Assembly (NCBI GenBank): GCA_902792295.1
Contig: CADAZC010000001.1
Coordinates: 290 to 64,289 of the forward strand
Source: an uncultured Eubacteriales bacterium
Lineage (GTDB): Bacteria; Bacillota; Clostridia; Christensenellales; CAG-138
Reading direction: 5' to 3'
DNA length: 64,000 nucleotides
Position 1 is the stretch's first letter. Each line of letters begins with the position of its first letter. Under the pieces are notes generated by a model. The model ran no database searches and was not told the DNA's origin. It was given only the letters and a program-made list of their open reading frames with translations. Made by a program: the position numbers and the translations under genes. Shown piece by piece: positions 39,352-47,893 of the stretch.

Positions 39352-40080
39352 TTAATGGTTTCGACTGATTCCGCAAAGATCGCGAACGATCTCGCCCGCC
39401 ATCATGAGCCCCGCAACGGAGGGGACGAAGGCGCAGCTTCCCGGCGTCTGCCGCTTTGCATGCAGAAGGGTCTCCTCCGGTTCGCCGTTCGGCTCGATCG
39501 GCGGTTCCGTGGAGTAAACGACCTTGAGATGATCGATCCCGCGCTTTCTGAGCTCGCGCCGCATCACGCGCGCCAGCGGACATACGCTCGTTTTCGAGAT
39601 ATCCGCGACTTCGAGCGCCGTCGGGTCGAGCTTGTTGCCCGCGCCCATGCAGCTGATGACCGGCACGTTTGCGGCGTTTGCCTGAATAACGAGCTGCAGC
39701 TTTCCGGATACGGTGTCGATCGCGTCCGCGACGTAATCGTACTTTGAAAAATCGAACCGGTCTGCGGTTTCGGGCAGGTAGAAACAGCGGTGCGCAAAAA
39801 CGGTCGTTTCGGGACAGATCGAAGCGATGCGCGCCTTTACGACCTCCGTTTTCGGTTGACCGATATTGTCATGCGTTGCGTACAGGAGCCGGTTCAGATT
39901 GCTTAAAGCGATCACGTCGTCGTCGATGATGTCCAGCGTGCCGACCCCGCTCCGCGCAAGCGCTTCCGCAACGTAGCTTCCGACGCCGCCGAGTCCGAAC
40001 ACGGCGACACGCGCCTTTTGCAGCCGTTCGATCCCGTCGTCGCCGATCAAAAGTCTTGTTCTTGCAAACTGATCTCCCAT
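39352..40080 (-). CDS. tcdA: tRNA threonylcarbamoyladenosine dehydratase (ThiF/TcdA family)
   Basis: VAVFGLGGVGSYVAEALARSGVG Rossmann motif, NLNR, CMGAGNK; 242 aa. Confidence 0.8.
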   Translation of the reverse strand: MGDQFARTRLLIGDDGIERLQKARVAVFGLGGVGSYVAEALARSGVGTLDIIDDDVIALSNLNRLLYATHDNIGQPKTEVVKARIASICPETTVFAHRCFYLPETADRFDFSKYDYVADAIDTVSGKLQLVIQANAANVPVISCMGAGNKLDPTALEVADISKTSVCPLARVMRRELRKRGIDHLKVVYSTEPPIEPNGEPEETLLHAKRQTPGSCAFVPSVAGLMMAGEIVRDLCGISRNH

Positions 40081-40112
40081 GTTTCGTTCCCGTTTCGATC
40101 AATATATATAAA

Positions 40113-40142
40113 ATTATACGCCGTCAAAAGACGGCGTGTCAA
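40113..40142 (-). promoter_or_regulatory. tcdA promoter whose spacer is the terminator hairpin of the upstream gene
   Basis: On the minus strand, TTGACA (40142-40137), an 18-nt spacer, TATAAT (40118-40113). The spacer contains ACGCCGTC-TTTT-GACGGCGT. Confidence 0.45.
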
Positions 40143-40173
40143 GGAATCGGGAGAAGAAAACCCCGTTGTGTTC

Positions 40174-40773
40174 TTACTTGTCCGTGTCGATTTCCAGCGT
40201 GTAGCGCTGATATGCGTTGATGATGCGCGTTTCGCCGTACGAGAGCTCGCGCTTGATGTCGCCGTAGTTCATATGCACATGCCCGTGCACAAGCGCTTTC
40301 GGTTTCCACCGGTCGAGCATCGGCAGAAACGCTTCGAATCCGCGGTGCGCGTAGTCGTCCGCGTCGCCGTACCCCTTCGGCGGGCAATGCGTCAGAACGA
40401 TATCGACGCCGCGCGCCTTCCAGACCGCAAAGCGCAGCCGGGCGATGCGCCGCCGCATTTCGCGCTCGGTGTACTGGTACGGTTCGCGGCTGTAGAGCGC
40501 GCTGCCGCCGAGCCCGAGGATGCGCAGTCCCCGATAGGTGACGAGCCGGTCGTCGATGCATTCGCATCCTTCCGGCGGATAATGATCGTACGCCGCGTTG
40601 TGATTGCCGTGCACGTAGAACACCGGCAGGTTCGACATCGTTACCAGAAAAGTCAGGTACTCCGCCTTGAGATCGCCCGCGGCAAGGATCAGGTCATAGC
40701 CCTTCACGCGGTCCGGCGAGAAGTAATCCCAGAGCGCCGTATCCTCGATGTCGGCAAGCAGCAGGATCTTCAT
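40174..40773 (-). CDS. metallophosphoesterase-family protein (variant first motif)
   Basis: AAGDL, HGNHN and GHVH motifs are present. The first motif is LADIED instead of the canonical D-x-H. Confidence 0.65.
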   Translation of the reverse strand: MKILLLADIEDTALWDYFSPDRVKGYDLILAAGDLKAEYLTFLVTMSNLPVFYVHGNHNAAYDHYPPEGCECIDDRLVTYRGLRILGLGGSALYSREPYQYTEREMRRRIARLRFAVWKARGVDIVLTHCPPKGYGDADDYAHRGFEAFLPMLDRWKPKALVHGHVHMNYGDIKRELSYGETRIINAYQRYTLEIDTDK

Positions 40774-42725
40774 AGGATCGGTCCGTCCTTGACCGGCGGG
40801 ATCTCTTCGCGGTAAACGCCGAGCAGCCGTACGATGTTCTGCGCGACCGGCATGAGCTCGTCAAACGTCGGGATACTGCCCTCGATCGTATCGGAAAGCC
40901 AGTCCATATGCAAAATCTCGGACGGCGAAAGCCAGCGGTCGCCCTCGTTTCTGACGATGCCCTCCTGATCGGACATAACGCGGCGGAACGGATCGAGCCG
41001 CCCTTCCGCGATCGAGTTTTTCAGCGCTTCGACGAGCGCCTTGACGCCCTCCGGCAGCTTTTCCGAGGGCGTGACGCCGATGACGCCGCTCTGCATGCCC
41101 CACCAGTAATTGATGGCGGCGGCGCTGCGGTTCGCGCTTTCGTCCTCCCAATGTCCGAGCAGCAGATCGCTCAGGAGTTTTTGATAGAACGCGCCCCAGT
41201 TCCAGTAGGTTGCGGCAAGCGGTTCCGGCGAACCGTCGTTCCGGATGCGGATCAATCCGTAGGGCGGCTGCGGCGCTTCCGGCGCAAACCATTCCCGGTT
41301 GCTGACGACGTCCACGCCGTCCTTGATCAGGGCGGCAAGCGGATCGGGTTCCGTGCAGGACCAGCGGAGCTTGACCACCGCGCGCGGATTGACGAGGCGC
41401 GCGCCGAGCGCAAACGCGTTGACGCTTGCCGGAACGCCGAAGATCGGGGCGGCGGCAACGTAGCCGAGCCGGTCGCTGTGCGAGCACGCGCCCGCGATCA
41501 CGCCTGCAAGGAACTTCGTTTCATAGATGCGGCTGTAATAGGTGCGGACGCCGGGGTAGGGCATCGCGACCGAGCAGTTGAGCACCTTGACGTTCGGGTA
41601 TGCGGCGGCGGCGCGGCGGCATGCGTCGATCAGCGAAGGGGTTGTGGCAAAGATGACCTGCGCGCCGTCCTTGACCGCCTCGGCAAAGAGCGTGTCGGCA
41701 TTGGTCTCCGCATCGGCGATATACGCGCGCGTCGTGATCTTTCCCGCAAGCTGTTCTTCGGCGAACAGCCGTCCCTGCTCGTGCCCGCGCACCCAGTTCG
41801 ATTGCTCCGGCGCAAACTCGTGAATGAACGCCGCGTTGATGTGCGTCGGCAGGAACATGGCGTTGTAGATGCGCGAAAGGATCCCGGCAGGTTCCGCGTC
41901 GTCCTTCGGCGCGTCCGATTCGGTCGCGACGGTCACGTCCGCTTCGATGTCGGTCACGCTCGCGTTCAGCGAGGCGAGCATCGTTTCGGAAGAGAGCGCA
42001 TTGAGATCGTCGAGCGAGTACACAGAGACCCACGCCAGAAACGCGTCGGACAGGTCGACGCCGTCCGGAAGCTTTATGCGCGCCGCGGCGTCCGAAAAAT
42101 ACGTGTATGCGGAAACGACCTTTCGACGCTGTTCCTCGGTCCAGACCTCGTCCGGCTCGAAGCCGAGCGCCGCGACGAGCTTGCGATAGCTGCCGGGCTT
42201 CGAAAAGCGGAACGCATAGGTGCGGGAAAGATGATAGAATTCGAGAAACTCATAGTACAGCCGCGTTTCGGGATCGTCCGAGTACGCGGGCACGATGCGC
42301 AGCACCGAGGCGGGGACCGTCGGCGCGTCGAAGTACCGGAACACGGACAGGCGCTTATTGCCTTCCTGCACGTAGAAGTTTCCGTAGTATTCGTAGCAGC
42401 GGATCGGATCGCGGATGCCTTCGGCGTCGAGGTGCGCTTCGCAAAGTGAGATCCATTTCGTGCCGAACTCGGTGTTCGGTTCCGGCAGCGGCATGAAATC
42501 GCGGGTGAAAACGGTGCGCCGTCCGTCGCTGACGGTTCCGACGACCCGTTCGATCGGAACGTTCAGAACGCCGAGCTCGATGCGTCCGGCAATGCGGTGA
42601 TTGTCCAGAATATCGTCCAGCACCTTCGGATACGGCCAGCGTCCGCGCTCCGTATCTTCCCGGTAGGTTTTCAATGCTTTTTTGTGTGCCGAGCGGTATG
42701 CTTCAACGGCTTCGGTTCTGCTCAA
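40770..42725 (-). CDS. ParB/Srx-like N-terminal domain fused to a signal-less BMP (PnrA/Med-like) domain
   Basis: N-terminal GIRDPIRCYEYYGNFYVQEGNKRLSV (ParB-type G-x-x-R region). The C-terminal half is BMP-like (VIFATTPSLIDA...GYVAAAPIFGVPASVNAFALGAR). No signal peptide or lipobox. TTG start after AGGAAG. 4-nt overlap with the downstream gene. Confidence 0.55.
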   Translation of the reverse strand: MSRTEAVEAYRSAHKKALKTYREDTERGRWPYPKVLDDILDNHRIAGRIELGVLNVPIERVVGTVSDGRRTVFTRDFMPLPEPNTEFGTKWISLCEAHLDAEGIRDPIRCYEYYGNFYVQEGNKRLSVFRYFDAPTVPASVLRIVPAYSDDPETRLYYEFLEFYHLSRTYAFRFSKPGSYRKLVAALGFEPDEVWTEEQRRKVVSAYTYFSDAAARIKLPDGVDLSDAFLAWVSVYSLDDLNALSSETMLASLNASVTDIEADVTVATESDAPKDDAEPAGILSRIYNAMFLPTHINAAFIHEFAPEQSNWVRGHEQGRLFAEEQLAGKITTRAYIADAETNADTLFAEAVKDGAQVIFATTPSLIDACRRAAAAYPNVKVLNCSVAMPYPGVRTYYSRIYETKFLAGVIAGACSHSDRLGYVAAAPIFGVPASVNAFALGARLVNPRAVVKLRWSCTEPDPLAALIKDGVDVVSNREWFAPEAPQPPYGLIRIRNDGSPEPLAATYWNWGAFYQKLLSDLLLGHWEDESANRSAAAINYWWGMQSGVIGVTPSEKLPEGVKALVEALKNSIAEGRLDPFRRVMSDQEGIVRNEGDRWLSPSEILHMDWLSDTIEGSIPTFDELMPVAQNIVRLLGVYREEIPPVKDGPIL

Positions 42726-42855
42726 AAACGCCGCTTCCTTTCTCTGTTTGATGGATTCATTTTAGCATCTCTCCGCCGGCAAAGTCAAGCGGACGGAGCG
42801 GCCGGCAGGCGATTCGACACGATGATTCTTTTTTCGGGAACAAGCCGTTTTTTTC

Positions 42856-42884
42856 TTGCAATTCGCGCGTGCGTGGCGTATAAT
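42856..42884 (+). promoter_or_regulatory. sigma-A-like promoter of the riboswitch-xpt operon
   Basis: TTGCAA (42856)-17-TATAAT (42879). Confidence 0.6.
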
Positions 42885-42899
42885 AAAACAAATATTTTG

Positions 42900-42963
42900 C
42901 CGATATAGGTCCGGATGGATGGCCCGGACGTTTCTACCGCGGCGCCGCAGCTGCGACTATTGG
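42900..42963 (+). promoter_or_regulatory. purine riboswitch aptamer, guanine/xanthine class
   Basis: CCGAUAUAGG-UCCGG-AUGGAUGGC-CCGGAC-GUUUCUACC-GCGGC-GCCGCA-GCUGC-GACUAUUGG aligns with the B. subtilis xpt aptamer: P1, P2, conserved J2/3 GUUUCUACC, P3, and J3/1 GACUAU with the discriminator C. Confidence 0.8.
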
Positions 42964-43013
42964 GAGATCGGGTGTGCGCAGGGCGTTTCGCCTTGCGTGT
43001 GCCTGCGATATTG

Positions 43014-43042
43014 GCAGCAGACTTCTCTGCTGCAATTCTTTT
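43014..43042 (+). terminator. riboswitch expression-platform terminator
   Basis: GCAGCAG-ACTTCT-CTGCTGC followed by AATTCTTTT, 17 nt before the xpt RBS. Confidence 0.7.
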
Positions 43043-43058
43043 ATACAGGAGGGGAAAA

Positions 43059-43637
43059 ATGAAGGAACTGAAAGAACGGATCCTCAAAGAGGGCAGGGTG
43101 CTTCCGGGCGACATCATCAAGGTCGACGGGTTTCTGAACCACCGCGTGGACTGCGAGCTGATGAGCCACATTGCGGACGAGTTTATGAAGTATTTCAATG
43201 TCGACGACGTCGATCTTCTTCTGACCGCCGAGGCAAGCGGCATCGCGCTGACCGCAATCTGCGCGCTGCGCTACGGAAAGCCGATGGTCTATGCCAAGAA
43301 GGCAAAGAGCGACAACATCGAGGGCGGTCTTTTCAAGAGCGAGATCTTCTCCTATACTTATAAAAAGAAGGTCACGCTGCTCGTTGCAAAGGATTGGATC
43401 AAGCCCGGCACGCGCGTGCTGGTCGTGGACGATTTCCTTGCCCGCGGCGAAGCGCTGCGCGGTCTTTGCGAGATCGTCGAGCAGGCGGGGGCTCAGCTCG
43501 TCGGCATCGGCTGCGCGATCGAAAAGGGTTTTCAGGGCGGCGGCGACCGCTTGAGAGAGCGCGGCGTGAACCTCAAATCGCTGGCGATCATCGAGAAGGC
43601 GGAGCCCGGCAACATTGTGTTCCGGGACGACGAATAA
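43059..43637 (+). CDS. xpt: xanthine phosphoribosyltransferase
   Basis: MKELKERILKEGRVLPGDIIKVDGFLNHRVD..., PRPP motif VLVVDDFLARGEA. Close to B. subtilis Xpt along its length. Confidence 0.9.
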   Translation: MKELKERILKEGRVLPGDIIKVDGFLNHRVDCELMSHIADEFMKYFNVDDVDLLLTAEASGIALTAICALRYGKPMVYAKKAKSDNIEGGLFKSEIFSYTYKKKVTLLVAKDWIKPGTRVLVVDDFLARGEALRGLCEIVEQAGAQLVGIGCAIEKGFQGGGDRLRERGVNLKSLAIIEKAEPGNIVFRDDE

Positions 43638-43668
43638 GCGATCATTTGATGCAGGGGAGGTACAGAAT

Positions 43669-44652
43669 ATGCCGATTCTTACAAGACCGGAAAACATGGA
43701 ACGCATCACGACGTCCGCGCTTGCGCAGCGGTTCATTGACGAACAGATCGCCGATATCCGCGCGCAGGTCGGCGGCAAAAAGGTTCTTCTTGCATTGTCC
43801 GGCGGCGTCGATTCTTCCGTCGTCGCGGCGCTTCTGATCCGTGCGATCGGAAAGCAGCTTGTCTGCGTGCACGTCAACCACGGTCTTCTCCGGAAGGGCG
43901 AACCCGAGCAGGTCATCCGCGTGTTCCGGGGCGAGATGGACGCCAACCTGATCTATGTCGACGCCGTGGATCGCTTCCTCGACAAGCTCGCGGGGGTCTC
44001 CGATCCCGAAACGAAGCGCAAGATCATCGGCGGCACGTTCATCGACGTTTTTGCGGAGGAAGCGCGCAAGCTCGAGGACATCACCTTCCTCGCGCAGGGC
44101 ACGATCTGGCCCGACATTCTTGAGAGCGAGCAGGGCATCAAGGCGCATCACAACGCCGGCGGTCTGCCCGAGGACCTGAAGTTTGAACTTGTCGAGCCCG
44201 TCCGCATCCTGTTCAAGGACGAAGTCCGCGTCGTCGGCAAGACGCTGGGTCTGCCGGACAACATGGTCTACCGTCAGCCGTTCCCCGGTCCCGGTCTCGG
44301 CGTGCGCTGCCTCGGCGCGATCACGCGCGACCGGCTTGAAGCGGTCCGGGAATCCGACGCGATCCTCCGCGAGGAGTTTGCAAACGCCGGTCTTGCCGGA
44401 AAGGTCTGGCAGTACTTCACGATCGTCCCCGATTTCCGCTCCGTCGGCATCAAGGACGGTCGCCGCGTCGACGAATGGCCCGTCATCCTGCGTGCCGTCA
44501 ACACGCGCGACGCAATGTCCGCAACGGTCGAGAACGTTCCGTTTGAACTGCTTGCGCGCATCACCGACCGCATCACGCACGAAGTCAAGGGCGTCAACCG
44601 CGTGCTCTACGACCTCACGCCCAAACCCACCGGCACGATCGAGTGGGAATGA
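43669..44652 (+). CDS. stand-alone GMP synthase ATP-pyrophosphatase/dimerisation domain (GuaA C-terminal paralog, no GATase domain)
   Basis: P-loop [35 protein letters not shown]-terminal TIEWE. 327 aa. Colinear with residues from about 190 to the end of the full-length GuaA at 51009. Confidence 0.8.
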   Translation: MPILTRPENMERITTSALAQRFIDEQIADIRAQVGGKKVLLALSGGVDSSVVAALLIRAIGKQLVCVHVNHGLLRKGEPEQVIRVFRGEMDANLIYVDAVDRFLDKLAGVSDPETKRKIIGGTFIDVFAEEARKLEDITFLAQGTIWPDILESEQGIKAHHNAGGLPEDLKFELVEPVRILFKDEVRVVGKTLGLPDNMVYRQPFPGPGLGVRCLGAITRDRLEAVRESDAILREEFANAGLAGKVWQYFTIVPDFRSVGIKDGRRVDEWPVILRAVNTRDAMSATVENVPFELLARITDRITHEVKGVNRVLYDLTPKPTGTIEWE

Positions 44653-44683
44653 CCCGGTTTGCGTAAACAGAATCATTCTCACG

Positions 44684-44709
44684 GAGAGCCCTTTCCGGCT
44701 CTCTTTTTT
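44684..44709 (+). terminator. intrinsic terminator after the xpt operon
   Basis: GAGAGCC / GGCTCTC stem followed by TTTTTT. Confidence 0.75.
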
Positions 44710-44734
44710 GTTGTCCGGGGCTTGAAAAAAACTA

Positions 44735-44763
44735 TTGACAAATGAATCGGACATGGGTATAAT
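44735..44763 (+). promoter_or_regulatory. sigma-A-like promoter of pyrG
   Basis: TTGACA (44735)-17-TATAAT (44758), giving a leader of about 180 nt. Confidence 0.6.
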
Positions 44764-44864
44764 TTTTAACGTGTTTTTTATATATCATATATCGCTGACG
44801 CGAACCGCGAGGCGAACAAAACCGAATATGCATCATTCCGATGATATGAATGAAGATGAACGTC

Positions 44865-44915
44865 AGGCGTCCATCCGCAGGGGAAACACCCCTCGGGCGG
44901 GCGCCTCTCTCTTTT
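44865..44915 (+). terminator. attenuator-like hairpin in the pyrG leader
   Basis: Nested stems AGGCG..CCGC..GGGG-AAACA-CCCC..GCGG..CGCCT followed by CTCTCTCTTTT. Confidence 0.4.
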
Positions 44916-44924
44916 GAATAAAGA

Positions 44925-44956
44925 ATGAGGAAATGAAGGAATGAAGAAATGAAGAA
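44925..44956 (+). repeat. four tandem 8-nt units ATGARGRA ending in the pyrG start codon
   Basis: ATGAGGAA ATGAAGGA ATGAAGAA ATGAAGAA. Each ATG opens a 3-codon ORF that ends in a TGA overlapping the next ATG. Confidence 0.9.
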
Positions 44957-46556
44957 GTACATTTTTGTGACCGGCGGCGTGGTTTCCGGTCTCGGCAAGG
45001 GCATTACGGCGGCGTCCTTGGGACGGCTTCTGAAGGCGCGCGGGTTCAAGGTCGCGGCGCAGAAGCTCGATCCGTACATCAACGTCGATCCCGGCACGAT
45101 GAGCCCCTATCAGCACGGCGAGGTCTACGTCACGGAAGACGGTGCGGAGACCGACCTCGATCTCGGGCATTACGAGCGCTTCATCGACGAGGATCTGAAC
45201 CGCTATTCGAATCTGACGACCGGAAAGGTCTATGCAAACGTGCTCGCCCGTGAACGACAGGGCGGATATCTCGGCAAGACGGTGCAGACGATCCCGCACA
45301 TCACCGACGAGATCAAGCGCTTCATTTACCGCGTCGGCGAAAAGACGGACGCGGACATCGTGATCACCGAGGTCGGCGGCACGATCGGCGACATCGAGGG
45401 GCAGCCGTTTCTGGAGGCGATCCGTCAGGTCGGACGCGAGGTCGGACGCGAAAACGCGATCTACATCCACGTCACGCTCGTCCCCTATCTCAGGGCAAGC
45501 GGCGAGCACAAGTCCAAGCCGACGCAGCATTCGGTCAAGGAGCTGCAGGGCATGGGCATCTCGCCGGATATTCTCGTGCTTCGCTGCGACGAGCCGATCA
45601 CGGACGACGGCATTTTCGAAAAGATCGCGCATTTCTGCAACGTCGACCGCGACTGCGTCATCGAAAACCTGACGCTCAACACGCTGTACGAAGCGCCGCT
45701 GTACCTCGAGCTGGCGCATTTCTCCGAGATCGTATGCAGGAAACTGCATCTTTCCGCGCCGGAGCCGGACCTTGAAAAATGGCGGGAGATGGTCGACCGC
45801 GTCAAGCATCCGACCGGTTCCGTTTCGGTTGCGATCGTCGGCAAGTATACGCAGCTGCACGACGCGTATCTTTCGATCGTCGAGGCGCTGAAACACGCGG
45901 GATATGCGCGCGGCGTTTCGGTCGATATCCGTTGGATCGATTCGGAGACGTTTACGCCGGACGACGTTTCCGGCGTCGACGGCATACTGGTGCCCGGCGG
46001 ATTCGGCAGCCGCGGAATCGAGGGCATGATCGAAGCGGCGGGCTTTGCAAGAACGCATCATCTGCCGTATTTCGGGATCTGTCTCGGCATGCAGATCATG
46101 TGCATCGAGTATGCGCGAAACGTCCTCGGCTGGACCGACGCGAACTCCGGCGAATTCGATTCCGAAAGCACGCACAAGGTCATCGACTTCATGCCGGGGC
46201 AGAGCGATGAGATCGACAAGGGCGGTACGCTGCGGCTCGGAAGCTATCCCTGCATCGTACAGCCGGGCACGACCATGCGGCGCTGTTACGCGCTTGATGC
46301 GATCGCGGAGCGGCACAGACACCGGTACGAGCTCAACAACGAATTCCGACAGCGACTTTCCGACGCGGGACTGACCTTCTCGGGCGTTTCGCCGGACGGA
46401 CGCCTCGTGGAAGCCGCGGAGATCACGGATATGCCGTTTTATGTCGGCGTGCAGTATCATCCGGAATTCAAGAGCAGACCCATTAAGCCGCACCCGTTGT
46501 TTCTCGGATTCGTCGAGGCGGCGCAACATCATAAAAACAAAGGAGAAAAACCATGA
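44949..46556 (+). CDS. pyrG: CTP synthase
   Basis: [19 protein letters not shown] and GATase region GICLGMQ; 535 aa. Confidence 0.95.
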   Translation: MKKYIFVTGGVVSGLGKGITAASLGRLLKARGFKVAAQKLDPYINVDPGTMSPYQHGEVYVTEDGAETDLDLGHYERFIDEDLNRYSNLTTGKVYANVLARERQGGYLGKTVQTIPHITDEIKRFIYRVGEKTDADIVITEVGGTIGDIEGQPFLEAIRQVGREVGRENAIYIHVTLVPYLRASGEHKSKPTQHSVKELQGMGISPDILVLRCDEPITDDGIFEKIAHFCNVDRDCVIENLTLNTLYEAPLYLELAHFSEIVCRKLHLSAPEPDLEKWREMVDRVKHPTGSVSVAIVGKYTQLHDAYLSIVEALKHAGYARGVSVDIRWIDSETFTPDDVSGVDGILVPGGFGSRGIEGMIEAAGFARTHHLPYFGICLGMQIMCIEYARNVLGWTDANSGEFDSESTHKVIDFMPGQSDEIDKGGTLRLGSYPCIVQPGTTMRRCYALDAIAERHRHRYELNNEFRQRLSDAGLTFSGVSPDGRLVEAAEITDMPFYVGVQYHPEFKSRPIKPHPLFLGFVEAAQHHKNKGEKP

Positions 46557-47884
46557 AGCATTATACAAAAGAGGACATCGTCCGTATCGTCAATGAAGAA
46601 GACATCGAATTCATCCGCCTGCAGTTTTCCGACATTTTCGGACAAATGAAGAACGTCGCGGTTACGCGCTCGCAGATCGACAAGGTCCTGGACAACCGGA
46701 TCATGATCGACGGCAGCTCGATCGAGGGCTTTACGCGCATCCACGAATCCGATCAGTATCTGCGTCCCGATCTCAACACCTTCGCGATCCTGCCGTGGCA
46801 GCCCGCCATGCACAAGACGGCGCGGCTGATCTGCGACGTCTACAATCCCGACGGCACGCCGTTTGTCGGCGATCCGCGTTACATCCTGAAACGGACGCTT
46901 CGCCGCGCGGAGGAACTGGGGTACACATTCAACGTCGGTCCGGAGATGGAGTTTTTCCTCTTCGAAGCCGACGAAAAGGGCTTGCCGACGTCGCGCACGG
47001 CGGACGCTGCGGGCTACTTCGATATGGCGCCGATCGACCACGGCGGCAACGTGCGCCGCGAGATCTGCCTGATGCTTGAGGAGATGGGCTTCGAGATCGA
47101 GGCGAGCCACCACGAGGTTGCGGAAGGACAGCACGAGATCGACTTCAAGTACGAGGAGGCGCTGACCGCAGCCGACAACATTCTGACCTTCCGCATGGCG
47201 GTCAAGACGATTTCGCAGAACTACGGTCTTCATGCGACCTTCATGCCGAAGCCGGTGTTCGGCATCAACGGCAGCGGCATGCATACGAATATGTCGCTGT
47301 TCCGCGACGGCAAAAACATCTTCTTCGATCCGAACGGCGAAAAACAGCTTTCAAAGGAAGCGTACAGCTTCATTGCGGGCGTGCTCAGGCATGTGCGCGG
47401 CATGGCGGCGATCACGAATCCGCTCGTCAATTCCTACAAGCGGCTCGTGCCCGGCTATGAAGCGCCGTGCTACCTTGCATGGAGCGCGTCGAACCGCTCG
47501 GCGCTGATCCGCATTCCCGCGGCGCGCGGGAGCTCCACGCGCGTGGAGCTTCGCTGTCCCGACCCCGCCTGCAATCCGTATCTTACGATCGCGGTGTGCC
47601 TTGCCGCGGGACTGGACGGGATCGAGAAGGGCATGACGCCGCCTGCGGAGATCACCGAAAACATCTACCTGATGACCGAGGCGGAGCGCAAGGCGCACGG
47701 CATCGACAGTCTGCCCGGAAATCTCCTGGAGGCGGTCGAGTGTCTTTCCGCCGATCCGCTGATCGTGAACACGCTCGGGGAGCATGTGTTTACGCATTAC
47801 ACGGAAGGCAAGCGGCGCGAGTGGGACGAATACCGCACGCGCGTGACCGACTGGGAGCTGAAGAAATACATGCTGGTGTATTGA
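46553..47884 (+). CDS. glnA: type I glutamine synthetase
   Basis: [55 protein letters not shown] overlap with the pyrG stop. Confidence 0.9.
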   Translation: MKHYTKEDIVRIVNEEDIEFIRLQFSDIFGQMKNVAVTRSQIDKVLDNRIMIDGSSIEGFTRIHESDQYLRPDLNTFAILPWQPAMHKTARLICDVYNPDGTPFVGDPRYILKRTLRRAEELGYTFNVGPEMEFFLFEADEKGLPTSRTADAAGYFDMAPIDHGGNVRREICLMLEEMGFEIEASHHEVAEGQHEIDFKYEEALTAADNILTFRMAVKTISQNYGLHATFMPKPVFGINGSGMHTNMSLFRDGKNIFFDPNGEKQLSKEAYSFIAGVLRHVRGMAAITNPLVNSYKRLVPGYEAPCYLAWSASNRSALIRIPAARGSSTRVELRCPDPACNPYLTIAVCLAAGLDGIEKGMTPPAEITENIYLMTEAERKAHGIDSLPGNLLEAVECLSADPLIVNTLGEHVFTHYTEGKRREWDEYRTRVTDWELKKYMLVY

Positions 47885-47893
47885 GGAGGAACC

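Noticed and set aside
44828-44917. 29-codon ORF (MHHSDDMNEDERQ...) spanning the pyrG leader hairpin as a possible leader peptide.
   Set aside because: There is no Shine-Dalgarno sequence upstream and no recognisable regulatory codon run. It is kept only as a remote possibility within the pyrG leader finding.
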